A stretch of 64,000 nucleotides of DNA from Eledone cirrhosa (taxonomy: Eukaryota). The notes under the pieces are model-generated. The model saw only the letters and a program-made list of their open reading frames with translations, was not told the origin of the DNA and made no database searches. A program made the position numbers and the translations under genes. This document shows positions 25,482-38,796 of the stretch, one piece after another (positions within the stretch are counted from its first letter, which is position 1; each line of letters begins with the position of its first letter). Location: assembly GCA_964016885.1 (NCBI GenBank), contig OZ024742.1, forward strand, positions 104,718,001-104,782,000. Reading direction: 5' to 3'.

Positions 25482-25681
25482 ATATATAAACAACTATCTG
25501 GTTGTGGAACCAACCAACTAACCAGAAATTTATAAGTTTGTAGATTTGTAAATTTATAAATTTATAAATATATAATAAATTGAAGTGAAAGCAACTGGTG
25601 CGTGTGTTTCTTATTGGCAACATGACCCTCCCAAAGTATAACAATATATATATATACATTTAGAGAAATTCTACACAAGTT

Positions 25682-25860
25682 AATAATTGTTTCTACTTTT
25701 GGCACAAGGCCATCAATTACCCAGTACATTACTGGTAATTTATTTTATCGACCCCGTAAGGATGAAAGGCAAAGTTAACCTCGGCGGGATTTGAACTCAG
25801 ACCGTAAAGAGAGGACGTAACTATGCTGGAAAGCATGGCGTCCGACTCTCTACCGATACT
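25682..25860 (-). mobile_element. SINE family A
   Basis: Reverse complement of 26946-27137. Confidence 0.88.
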
Positions 25861-26945
25861 AAGTTAATAATATTACTAAATTGAAATGAAATAATCACAA
25901 GATAAGTACACTATATCATGGTAACTTATATATAATATATTAAGACTGTGAAAAGGGTCATGACAAGCTATCTGTTTTGTAGAAGTTTGAGATAATTTTT
26001 CCCGACATGGAGGTATACACGAGACAAATAATTCTGAGGTTTATGAGGTTTTCATGTGACCGCTATGATAAATTTAACCTTAAGCCATAATTTCCATAAC
26101 ATTAACTCTATTTACTCGTTGGTTGGCTAGACATCGCTGATATGTAATATTTATGACCAAGAATATATACATGGATTCCTTTCAGCTAACAAGGAAACTT
26201 CTATGCAGTGGCTTGATTTGCTAGAAGTAGCAACCAAGTTAATCCCTGATGTCTTAAAAAAATGATGCATTGGACAATACAAACCTGATTATGCAAAAAA
26301 AAAAAAAAAAGAAGATACAAAACAGGAAGACAGAATAGTCATGGCTTACACACTTTGGATTACTTGTCTGCTTGATTTGGACTGACCTGGGGCTACACAA
26401 CAACATAAGCATAGCTTTCCTGCTTTGTATTCAATTCAGCTATACTTAGAAGGGACAAAAATTAGTTGTCAATATTCTTTGGGTGAGTTGATAGTTTTTA
26501 CACAAGTCTGTTAACCAATTTATCTCTTAACATCCTATACTGCATAAAACCACATTAACAAGACATTTTTGAAAAGTACAAAATATTACCATGATTACAT
26601 CATATTAAAAATTGAAGAATTTACTTTATCATTGCAAATTTTCACAATGATCTGTGTACTAGTAAAGATACTGTAAACATTTAAATAAACAAACCCGTTT
26701 TTTTAACTTTTGTTTTTTGTTTTTGATAGTTTCTGCTAAATCAATACAGAAAGTTATGAGTTTATTCTAAACCATCTTTGGTTCTACAATACAATATAAT
26801 ATAAAAAATGGCAACAAGGAAGGACGCTTGACCACGTCTTGACCAAACAAAATATATTTTCACCAAAAACTAAACACATGTCAAAACACATGTCAAATGG
26901 ATTACAATATTCATTATTACAATTACTTTGTAATTTTAATAAAAA

Positions 26946-27137
26946 GGACGGTGGATTGGCAGTATCGGTAGAGGGTCGGACGCCATGCTTTCCAGCATAG
27001 CTACGTCTCTTTACGATCTGAGTTCAAATCCCGCCGAGGTTGACTTTGCCTTTCATCCTTACGGGGTCGATAAAATAAAGTACCAGTAATGCACTGGATA
27101 ATTTATGGCCTTGTGCCTAAAGTAGAAACGATTATTA
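26946..27137 (+). mobile_element. SINE family A, full length
   Basis: ggacggtggattggcagtatcgg (A box), gagttcaaatcc (B box); attattacaattactttg occurs both upstream (~26913) and at the 3' end. Confidence 0.9.
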
Positions 27138-27399
27138 CAATTACTTTGACTGTTCCCTGACTACTAGTACCAGCTTCAACATAGAATTATTTTAACAAAG
27201 TATATTTGATTTGATTTGATTTTCGCCAACAAACCGCGCGTGGACATGGACGGGGAAAACAAAAAAAAAAACAAAACAAATCACTACATCCCTTAGGGAT
27301 CGCAGTAAGTACTCCACAAAACATATAAACAACAATATACACACAAATCTATATACAGATACATACCACATGCATATACACACAAGTGAAAAGAAACCA

Positions 27400-30300
27400 C
27401 ACTATTTCGTGTGAGACACTATACCGGCCAATCTTACGTACATTTGTAAAATCTTCCTGAACATTGACTTCGCTTCTAACCCACATACACCTTTTAATTA
27501 TATATATATATAATTATATATTCGTGTGCAGATCTTTTTGTACACACACACATAATACATAGGAAAACAGAAACAGAAATACAAAAACAAAACATAAACA
27601 AACATTTATCTCGTTAACTTACGCAGCATATTTATTTGTTTACATGCGCAGACTCTTTTGTGCACACACACAAAATATTTAGGAAAACGTAAACAAAAAT
27701 ACACAAAAAACTAAACAAAAAACAAATATTTTATTTCTATCGTAATCAATGCTAAGCCTATATTGTTTACATTTTGTGTTTTTCTACGGATGGGCAGAAA
27801 TAACAAAATTGTCATGGTGATAATCATGGATGAAGCACATTGCACAGAAAATCACACCTGCCATATTTGTACGGAACCCGAAAACTCGTTCCGTAATCGT
27901 TGGAACCTGTCGCATCTCTGTCTGCCTTCAATGCGCCACAGGCTTCCGGAAGATCCCAGCCCAAAACAAGAAACATCATATTGCTATGATGGATGGACTC
28001 TGGGAGATGGTCCAGCTAACAAATTGGTCCTTTCAGTGCCTGGACTGTATGTCTGCCTCTACCATTGCTGCTGAACAACAACAACAAAAAACCGAAGATC
28101 GTGTCTTCCTCTACCATTGTTCCTGAACAACAACAAAAACCGAAGATCGTGTCTTCCTCTACCATTGTTCCTGAACAACAGCAAAAACCAACGACCGTAG
28201 CTTCTGCTACTACCTCCATTGAAGGACTTCATCAACAACAGCAACCCATGTCTTCCTCCCCCATTACTTTTCAACAACATCAAGCGACGACTGTGTCTTC
28301 CCCTACCATGCCTGCTGAAGAAGAAGAAGAACAACAAAAATCGACCGTCAATACGGAGTTTGAGGAAATGAGGCAAATGATTTCTGCTTTAAGCCAAGAA
28401 ATAGCAGGAATAAAATCAAGCGTTCGTGTAGAACCTCACAATGAGGGATCTTACCGGAGTGCCTTGTTAAAAAATCTCCGCGTACCTCATGTTAAACCTA
28501 GACGCATTGAGAATGCCACTGAATCTGCAAACCACGAAGTGATTGCCATTAATGTACCAGAAGACATAGTTGATCTTCGGGCATTTGCTGCCAGTTCATC
28601 CAAAGACTTGGGCTGTGCTCCCGCAAAGGATGCTCTACGCCTTGGCCGACCAGGCCCGAAACCCAGGCTAATTAGACTGTCTTTTTCGAACTCAACTGAG
28701 GCACGTTCATACCTTGTAGCCTCTGATAAAGTTAGGCGTGAAAGTCAGATTGCTTTCCGAACACGCCCTGGTCTTCCACCTGATGTCCGCCCAAAGTTGC
28801 GTGCTGCAGCTTCCTTAAACCGCAGCTCGGCAGAACATGAAAGCTTCAGCCTACATGATGAAGGGCAGATATGGAAGTTTGTTAAGGCTAGTGAAACATG
28901 GAAAAGAGATACCAGCTGGTCTGAAAACACTGTACCCACAACAACTGACAATAAAAAAACTGAAAAAACTCTGGGAAACTAAATCAGAACAAACTGCCAT
29001 CTCCTGCACATAATCATATACTGGAATCAAGGTACAAATTGTTGTCCTTGAATGCACATAGTCTATGCAATAAGATTTATCTTTTTGACTCCTACGTCAA
29101 AAGTATCAACCCTGACTTCATTACAGTCACGTAAACTTGGGCACATCCCTTACTCTGTGATGGGGTTTTCAGCATAACTGGCTACAACCTGTTTCGTAAA
29201 GACCGCATTAATCGTCGTGGTGGTGGTGTAATGGTCTACGTTCGGTCAAATTTGTCGGCAATTCCTTGTGTTGATTTGAACCAATGACAGCAGGAAGATT
29301 TTTTCTGCGATATACGTATGACCATGTCAACACTGCTACTTGGAGTCATTTACCGTCCCCCAAATTACCATCAGGACACTCAACTTTGTAATATTCTCAG
29401 AGCTGCTGCCAGGAAAACAGCCACTTAAGTTTTTATTGCAGGAGACTTCAATCACCCTGAGATTGACTGGGAAACCTTTCGTTGGCTGCCAAGTGGAAAT
29501 GACTTCCTTGAGCTAGTGCTGGACTTGAATTGGTCCCAAGTAGTCACCTCCCCAACAAGAGGTGACAACACTTTGGACCTACTCTTCACCACTACTCCTG
29601 AAACGGTCATTAGTGTTACTGCTGAGGAACCTTTAGGTGACTCTGATCATGCTATGATCATTACCAATCTATCCCTCATAGACAGTAACAAGAACCACAA
29701 CCATCTCCAAACTGCTCACTTTGACTAGAATAAATCAGACTGGAACTGTTACTGCACCGAGCTGCAACGTCCAAACTAGCTTGAGTTCTACGACTCTGGA
29801 GATGTCAACACTGTACTCGAGAGCATCCTGAGTTCAATATGGAGAGCATGTGCAGCATCAGTGCCACGTAAGCGGAAAAAACACCCCAAAAGTGCAATTT
29901 GGGAGACTGCAGCAGTCCGTCTTGCCAGAAAAGAATGTTGCAATGCTGAACGTGAGTACAAACTGCATAAATCAGACATCAATAAATCGTCCAACCAACT
30001 CAAACAGGTGACAAAAAAGGCAGTGCTTCAATTTGAGCAGCGCATAGCAACCAGCCCTGACAGTAAGGTGTTCTGGAAGTATGTTCACTCAAAGCAGAGG
30101 CCTCACTCTCCAGTTGGTCCTCTTCACAATCCCCACACAAACCAGGTTACTAACGACCCCAAGGAATGTGCAGAGCTCATTGCTGAATGCTATGCAGGCA
30201 TTTTCCCTATTGAAGACCAGAGTGTACCGTCCCCACCACCTATGACACCGGACTCTATTACAACTATGGAATTTACACCTGCAATGCTGCAATGCCACCT

Positions 30301-31940
30301 AAAAAATAAACGCAACCATGCCTCTCCTGGTCTTGATGGTGTTACGTACCTGCTTCTTAAACGTGGTGGATACTTCCTTCTGCACCAGCTATCACGCTTC
30401 TTCCAATTCTGTCTGAACAACGGTGCTACTCCAGAACAGTGGAAAACTGCCAGTGTCATTCCTCTGTTCAAAAAGGGTGACCGCACATCACCTGTGAACT
30501 ATCGTCCAGTCAGTCTTACTAGTTGCATTGCCAAACTGATGGAATCCTGTTTTCAGAGAAACACTTTGGAACTTCTGGAACTCTCACAGTCTTATCCAGC
30601 CCTCGCAATTTGGATTTATCCCCAACTCCAGCTGCTGTGATCAACTTATCGAGTTTCTTGAAGACATCACCCGGATCACTGATTGCGGCTCATGGGTGGA
30701 TGTTGTTTACCTTGACTTTGTGAAAGCTTTCAATTCTGTGCCACATAAAAGGCTTATGGCAAAACTCTCTGCAAGGGGTGTGAAGGATGATCTTTTTAAC
30801 TGGTTGAAGTCCTTCATTCTCAGTCGAAGAGAGGTAGTAATGGTTCTGGGACAGCATTTCTCACCATATGAGATGTCATCTGGTGTACCACAGGGATCTG
30901 TTCTTGGCCCCCTTTTGTTTGTGGCATATATAAATGACATAGATACCAACTTAAAGAATGCCACAGTACTAAAGTACGCAGATGACATCAAGCTGTACCT
31001 TGAGATAAAAAGGACAGATCCTGAACACTATAGATCTTGCTCACAGTCTGACCTAGACACTATGCAACAATGGATCTCAGACTGGCAACTCAAGCTAGCT
31101 GTGCACAAGTGCACCACCATGCATTTTGGGAGTAAAAACCCAGCGTCCACATACTCCCTCCACAGCACTAATATCAAGAAGTCTTCTTGTGAACGTGACC
31201 TGGGCATTACGGTCAGCAGCGATTTGCGTTGGACGAAGCACATTTCTAAAATTGTCAAGAGGGCTGAGGGTGTCTTAGCATCACTCAGCAAGACCTTTGT
31301 CAGTCGCTCTCCAGCTATCTATTTAAGGCTGTACATGGCTATGGTGTGGCCACACTTAGAATTTGCATCACCAGTCTGGAACCCCTATCTTGCTCAGAAC
31401 ATTGACCGCCTGGAAACTGTTCAGAGACGTGCAACCAAGCGAATACCCTCCATCAGGCATCCACCATACTCTGAACGCCTTGCTTCCCTGGGCATGGATA
31501 CATTGAAGCTCTGACGCCTGGCAACTGACTTGATAAACACCCACAAAATTGTTAACCATCTTGCCAACAACTACCCTGAGTACCTTTTTGATTTCCATGT
31601 GTCTAACACACGTGGACATGCCCACAAAGTCAGAAAACAGCACAGTTCCCATGACTTTCGGAAACATTTTTTCAGGCTCAGAGTTGCTGAAGCATGGAAC
31701 AAACTACCTGCATCAGTTGTTAGCTGTCGAGACACTGCATCCTTTAAAACCTCCATGCTTCCCGAGATTCGCCATCACTACACCTAATGTTCCCCCTCCA
31801 TACACATACACACATGTATATCATGACTCATACACTATTCACTTCCCTGACATTTGTATATTATTCTATGTACTATACATGCACCTTTGACGAGTTGTAG
31901 TGCACCTGAGCACTTTACACAATAATTTTATTATTATTAT
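27400..31940 (+). mobile_element. Near full-length CR1-clade LINE, inactivated
   Basis: ORF1 has a frameshifted Cys-rich PHD-like N-terminus and the 305-aa ORF at 28065-28982. ORF2 has AP-endonuclease motifs (YNLFRKDR, GVIYRPP, AGDFN, PTRGDNTLDLLFT, SDH) and RT motifs (YRPVSLTS, GVPQGSVLGPLLF, YADD, CERDLG, LEFASPVWNP). Ends in an (att)n tail; a duplicated 5' UTR block lies at 27526/27645. The 5' end is approximate. Confidence 0.93.
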
Positions 31941-32272
31941 AGTACAAAGCTGTTTATTTCAAAGTCTTTATATTTATTTATATATCTTCCATCATAATTT
32001 TATGCAAGAACCCTTATTAAGTTATGTTTGAAAGAGCAACTTAATAATAAGAAAGTTAGTTATAATATTAAAACCCTCCAAATTCTTGTTGATTTTCAAA
32101 ATCATTTGAAAATTTTACGCAAGGGTTAATTATATATAATTCTTTTTTTACATAAGCACAATACCCCACACAAGGGAAAGTATAATCAGTTTGGATCAAC
32201 CACAGTACATAACAGGTACATTTTATGAAAACTGATAAAATGTTTTTATTTATTGCCTAAACATGGAGAAAA

Positions 32273-33290
32273 CTCAGACTCAGAAGCTCCCGCGTCTTGC
32301 GACACATGAGGCAATCATAGTGTTCCATCGCATTCGGTCAGCAGCCAGTTAAACAGCGTCCCGCCATTGTCTGTTTGTCGCTCGCAGGTCCCTCTCAACA
32401 GCAGTTCATTTTGGGTCGCCCTCTCCGTCTGCTTCCCTGCGGGTTCCATTTAAGTACTTGGTTCGCCAGTCTCCCCGGGGGAAGTCTGAAAGCGTGTCCA
32501 AACCAGCCCAGGCGTCGCTTGCAGATGGTAGAAGAGACTAGCTGCTGGTTGGTGCGGTTCCTGACTTCCTGGTTTGTTACATGGTCACTCCATTTAGTCC
32601 CCAGGATCTTTCGCAGACACCTGGAATCGAATGCGTCCAACTTCTTCTCTTGGCTGGTCTTAAGGTGCCATGTTTCACTTCCGTACAAGAGTGTAGACAG
32701 CACGTTGCTGTTGTAGAATCTCATCTTTGTTTTGAGGGTGAACTTCCTGCTCTCCAGATCTTGTCAAGCTGGTTAAATGCTGCTGAAGCCTTTCCCATTC
32801 TACATTGCAGTTCACTGTCCATGGTGCCCTCATTGTTAATGGAGCTTCCTAGGTAGGTGAAGTTGTCCACTATCTCCACCTCCCCCTGTTCAATGAAGAC
32901 ACTGGTTGGTGGTGGGTGTGTCCCAGATAACATGCTTTTGGTCTTCTTGGCACTGATATTGAGACCTAAGCTTCCTGCTTCGACATTGATATTGTTCCCA
33001 ATGATTTGCAGGTCAGCTGTACTCTCTGCAAGTGCAGCAATATCGTCCGCAAAGTCCAGGTCAGACAACTTTTGCTCTCCTACTCAAGATATACCCTGGT
33101 CTTTAGACGCTCTTCTTAGTACCCAGTCAATGGCTATGGCAAAGAGAATTGGAGAGAGCGATCAACCTTGACGCACGCCAGGAACCACCTCAAACCAGTC
33201 ACTGTAACATCCTCTGTCCGTATGCAGCACTTGGAGTTTGCGTAAATCTGTTTGATTGCCGAAATGACTTTCTGGGGCAGACCATACTCA
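32273..33290 (-). mobile_element. RTE-clade LINE (second family, no PHD insert), 5'-truncated
   Basis: DLDFADDI, KKTK, FTYLGS, LLYGSETW, RRLGWFGH, RRRGRPK; tail ctgagtctgag. Confidence 0.9.
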
Positions 33291-33937
33291 TGGAGAAAAG
33301 GGTAGCATTAAAAACGAATAACATGAGAAAACTTGTATCATATCATCTATTAATTGAATTAACCTTAGTTCATTACTTGTATGCTATTGTTCTGAACAGC
33401 ATAGGGTCTAAACTTTGGGGAAGGAATTATCATCATCATCATTTTTATGTCCACTTTTCTATGCTAGCATGGGTTAAATGGGATGTTTTAAAACAGTGTT
33501 TTACAGCTGGATGCCCTTTCTGAAGCCAACCTTTTTAGTCACCTCTTATGACATGCAGGGATATGGTATGCCTATTCTAAAAACTGGGATGCACTTTGAG
33601 GAAGGAATGTATTTACTTTAATTGGTGATACTACATTGCTGCTATTTATTTTATCAGGAGGAAGGAAATACAAAGTTGACTCTAAGATAAAACAATTTAC
33701 CACTAGAGGAGTGAAAGTAGAGTGGAGTGGAGTGAAAGGTGAATGAAAGTGGAGTGAAAGGTGAATGACAGTGGAGTGAAAGGGAGTGAAAGAAGAGTTA
33801 GAGTTGAGTGTCAGTGCTTGGACTATTTAGTTCTGTCTTGGGAATTGATTATTTTCAATATTCTGATACAGGAAATTATTTTAGTTAAGTAGCATCTCCA
33901 ACATAGGTTAAACCTCTAGCTGTATCTGTTTTATACT

Positions 33938-34220
33938 CAGGGTTGGATTAACTATTAAGCAAAATAAGAACAAGTTTAAGGCAACAAGGGAAGAGGGGGA
34001 ACTTAAATATACAGGGTGTCCCCCCAAAATGTATACACACTTTGATTACCTATACAGGCAATATTTATTAGAATACGGTTGAAGTGTGTATACATTTTTG
34101 GGGGACACCCTGTATTTGTTATTCAAAAAAATATTTTTCACAAATTCTGTATATGTCAGATAGGAGGGCACTATAGTCTTTTAAGTACTTAGGACATTGA
34201 AAGGACTTTATCGGGCCCTG
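33938..34220. mobile_element. Non-autonomous hAT-like element with nested MITE
   Basis: Termini cagggttggatta / tatcgggccctg; perfect 8-bp target duplication tttatact. Confidence 0.8.
34012..34112. mobile_element. Tc1/mariner MITE (~100 bp)
   Basis: TA|cagggtgtccccccaaaatgtatacacactt ... aagtgtgtatacatttttgggggacaccctg|TA. Confidence 0.9.
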
Positions 34221-34525
34221 TTTATACTATTAATATCCACAAGAAGATTATAAATGTAACTTAATCTCCCTTTATTTTCTGAATTTCTTCATCTCTTATA
34301 AATTTGACATTGTATGTAAAAATTTGTTTTCCAATAATTTTGAAATTTACCTTCAAGGATTTCCAGACATGAAAACATTCTGGTATGACCTCTGACCTCA
34401 AGTAAATATTATTATTTTTTATTACATTGATATGTATGGATCTTTAACTCCTGGTGGAGTTGTAGGGGCATTTAAACCTAATGGAACCCATCCCACTCAA
34501 GGTCTGACCACAGCTGATTTCTTAC

Positions 34526-34570
<45 letters not shown>

Positions 34571-34599
<29 letters not shown>

Positions 34600-37182
34600 G
34601 TTTAATGTCCATCTTCCACGCTAGCATGGGTTTGGACGGGAATTTTCCCACTTGAGGCAAGATTGTTGTCTTGCTCGTATAGGACTGTCTGGTGGGTTTT
34701 CTACAGCTGGATGCCCTTCCTAACACCAACCACGTTTACAGTGTGGACTGGGAGGTTTTTACCGTGTTACCTACACGGCCACATTACAGCGGGGACTGTG
34801 TGTTTTTTTGTCGTGACACCTACACGCCCTCATTTGTTTCGGACTGGATGTTGTGGTACCAACATAACTTTACATTGAAAGGGGTGGTGTGGAGGGGGGG
34901 GTGTATTTTTGTTAGAAGTGCCTACTGACTGTAGGTTTCGCTTTGTACTTAGGCAAGGCGGGTCTTCTGTATTACTGTGTAGCGCCAAAGATCTCGGTCC
35001 AGTGACATTGTCTTGGAGAGGTGTAAGTGTGTGAGGTCGGAGTTTAGCAAGTCGTCCAATTTTTTCTGGGTCTGCCTACTCCGTGGCTACCGTCTATTTT
35101 TATCACGCTGCACTTTTTTATACAGCTCTCGTCTTTCATGCGCATCACTTGACCGTACCAACGTAGTCTTCTCTCGAGTAAACAACATCTGATCCCTCTT
35201 ATTCCTAATTTTTCACTTAGTTCACGTATATTACTAGTTCACGTATATTACTTAGTTCACGTATATTACTATTACACATCTAGCGGAGCATGCAAGCTTC
35301 GTTCCTCTCCAGTCTGCGTATATCCTCTGCACACAATGCCCAGGTCTCACTGCCATGTAACATTGCTGTTCGTATGCAGGCATCATACAGCCTGCCTTTC
35401 ATCTTTAGAGAGAACCCTTCAGCGGCCAATAGTCGTATAAGCTCTCTGAACTTTTTCCATTCCGTTCTGACTCTAGCTACTGTACTTTCAGAGCACCCTC
35501 CCCCATTGCTGATTTTGTCACCCAGGTAACTGAAGGTGTCCACTATTTCTATAGAACCATCTGTGCAATGGAATGAGCTAGTATTCTGTGGCCACTTGCT
35601 GCTACTTATCGCACCAGAGCACTGGCCACATATAAAACCTATGTTCTTAGTTAGCTTACCTGTGATCCCACTACATCTTTTATGCACCCATACTTTGCAT
35701 TTGGGACATAAAATGGAGTTTCTGCCTACTCCTTTCCTACACGCTGAGCATGGCCATTTCCCAGATGGGACTGGTTCCCTATTTTCTTTCCTACAAACTA
35801 GAACTTTAGTCTTAGACAGGTTAATTTTAAGGCCTTTTTATTCTACGCCATGCTTCCATATTTAGAATTTCTTCTCTAGTTCGGCCATTGATTCAGCTAT
35901 GAACGTTAGATCATCTGGTTATAGGAGTTCCCATGGGCAGCCGGTCGTGAACTCCTCTGTTATATCCTGAAGGGCAATAATAAATAGGAGGGGGCTAAGG
36001 ACGGAGCCCTGATGAACACCAACTTTTACGCTAAACTCTTCACTATATTCGTTGTTAATTCTAACCTTGCTGACTGTGTCTTTATACATGGCTTGTATAG
36101 CTCTCACAAGCCATTCATCAACACCTAGTTTTCTAAGAGCCCACCAGATAATGGAGCGGGGGACTCTGTCAAAGGCTTTCTCCAAGTCAACAAAAGCTAA
36201 GTATAGGGGTTTACTTTTAGCTAGGTACTTCTCCTGTAGTTGTCGTACAATGAAAAGAGCATCTGTGGTACTTTTACCTGACACAAACCCGAACTGCATT
36301 TCATCTAGATCAATTCGCTCTCTGATTAGTTGCGCTATTACTTTTTCTGTGACCTTCATGACCTGGTCGATTAATTTAATGCCTCTATAGTTACCCCTAT
36401 CTAGGGCATCTCCTTTACTCTTGTAGCAGTTAATGATGATGCTGCTGCTACGCCAGTCCTCGGAACGACCCCATTCTGTACGACTTGGTTAACTATCCGA
36501 GTGACCATAGTGTGTCCTACCGTTCCAGATGCTTTCAGCACTTCAGCAACTATTTCCGAAGGCCCAGCCGCCTTACCCGTCTTCATATCTTTGATTGCCT
36601 TACTTATTATACTACCTTCAACTAGCACTGCTGGTCCCTCTATTGGATCGATGTGGGGGAGACTGTCTTTCTCCCATTTATTCTCCTCATTTAGTAGCCT
36701 TTCGTAGTGACAATTCCAAGCTACCTTCTTATCAGCGTCAGTGATGGCAAGTACACCATCATCAATAAGGACACACTTCTCCCCGACAATATCACGGTTT
36801 TCCTTGACACATTGCCTAGCAATCCTGAACACCTCACGTTTTTGGTCCTTGCGTTGTAGAACATGCTTGAACTTTCTTTCCTCTGCTTCCCATCTTGCGG
36901 AGTACACTTGTCTCCTAGCTTCCCTCCTGGCCACTTGATAGTCTTCTCTACTTCCCCCATCCCACCATACTTTCCAAGCCTGCTTTTTGGCCTTGATCGA
37001 CTCCTCCACCTTACTGTTCCACCACCACGTTACTCTCCTCCTGCCTATAGGCCTGCTCCAGCCACAGACATCATCTGCCGCCTTCAGCAGGTTTGCTTTC
37101 AGAAATTCCCACTGTTCCTCTATATTGTACGACTCTAATTGCTCTTCCTTACTGTCAAAAGCATCAAGTAATATGCTTTTAA

Positions 37183-37190
<8 letters not shown>
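34571..37190 (-). mobile_element. RTE-clade LINE family 1, 5'-truncated, frameshifted
   Basis: QFGF, AFVDLEKAFDRV, GVHQGSVLSPLLF, PHD-like insert, FSYLG, HGSETW; (gat)n tail; (TA)n on both sides. Confidence 0.95.
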
Positions 37191-37220
<30 letters not shown>

Positions 37221-37271
37221 CAGGAAAGAAGGTTGACATGGTTTGCTATACAAAAAAGGTTTAATCACATA

Positions 37272-37377
37272 GCTTACATTTGTTTCACTGAGCTGGCAGG
37301 TCTAGAGATCGCTATTCGCTTATTTTCGCGTTACTCGATCGCCAATACAAAATTATAACCAGTCAGATCTTCGGAGC
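37272..37377 (-). ncRNA. Hammerhead ribozyme motif, U4C core variant with extended stem II
   Basis: gct CCGAAGA tctgactgg..ccagctcagt (81 nt) GAAA caaatg TA agc, then ATTAAA; lies within a ~250-bp insert between (TA)n tracts. Confidence 0.65.
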
Positions 37378-37466
37378 ATGCGAGAATGAAGAAAATACAC
37401 AGGCAAGAAAAGAATAGAATATACAGGCTACTATATGAAGTAGTAATGGCATTCAATTAGAACAAT

Positions 37467-37531
<65 letters not shown>

Positions 37532-38796
37532 CAGAGAGAGACAGAATCAACCCCCAGTATATGAACGGGTATTTTTTTTTATCAATCTTGAAAGGATAAA
37601 AGAAAAAGTTGACTTTGGCAGGATTTGAGCTTGAAGTTCAGTGTGCATTATAAATACTGATATATTATTATTTAAATTAAAAATAAGCTACACTTAAATT
37701 TTCAAACGTTTCTGTTATTTGAATATTTTCAAAATAAATGGAAACATTTCATTGGAAAAACAGTAATGAAGAACACTGAAATATGCTGAGGCCTTAGGTA
37801 GAGGGGCCTGTTCGAAAAATATATTGCAGTCTTCATTTCATGCCACAAAAACTGGTGATGGGCCTGCAACCTGTCCCGGGAGGTGAGGATGGATGCACAA
37901 AGATTGCGTATGCCCAGACCCCAAAGAGGGTTCAGTGCCATGATAAAATGCACTTGGTAGAACACATTTGTAAATGAGATATGCCCCCCCCCCCCTCAGC
38001 CTGCCCAAACACTCGGTAAAGTGTGGGAATGTAAGTAAGCTAGATGCAAGCCCCCCAGCCACCTGAGAGATCAGTGGCTCTACATGAGTACTGACTTAGT
38101 CTGTAACAACCTGCCCAGACCTTGCTTGCAACAAAATCAAATTTAAATGATGATAATGCATAAAGTTTATATTTCCATATTTTCATTTCAGAAATATGAG
38201 TCAGTTACATAAAAACACTATAGAAATATTTATTTCAATATCTAATTTCAATCTAAACACACACCAGATGCAGCAGGTATCAGTGCCTGTTCTCTACGGA
38301 AATTCTTTCACCATTTTATCTACAGCGTGCAGCTGAGACATACTACCTAGACTAGGGGAGCGGGGGAGAGTTTGCCACCCCCACCCACCCCCTTCTTCTT
38401 ATTTTCATTATTTAATATTTTCTTCTTTTTTATTGCAAAACATTATACGATTTAATTGAAATTTGTTGAATAAATATCTGATCGTTCATGTATCATTCCA
38501 ACTCAAATCATTTCAATCCAATAAAAGTAAAAGACTTTATCTATTGGCTTGGAGAATGATTGATAATGTTGTTTAGCAAACACGAGATTAAAGGTTCAAT
38601 TAATGATGCATTTCATTCTGGTTGTCCATTCTCAGTCACGACAGAAGATAATGTTCAGCTAATCAACCAACATTATGAATAACATCCTCAGACATCGTTT
38701 ATTCATGGTTTATTCATCTCAATTGTATATTAGTTAAACACCACAATGTATTTTGAAGGACTTATATTTATATAACTTTATCTCTAGATTGTTGTT

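Larger units (their letters stand above)
24826..25647. mobile_element. 822-bp spacerless palindrome of a hammerhead-bearing (Penelope-like) element end
   Basis: Symmetry centre in ttttca|tgaaaa (25236/25237); 411-bp arms with few mismatches; mirror-image ORFs in the track. Confidence 0.92.

Noticed and set aside
27200-27400. Possible minus-strand LINE 3' end with (caaat)n tail
   Set aside because: No coding evidence in the window, so it cannot be assigned.
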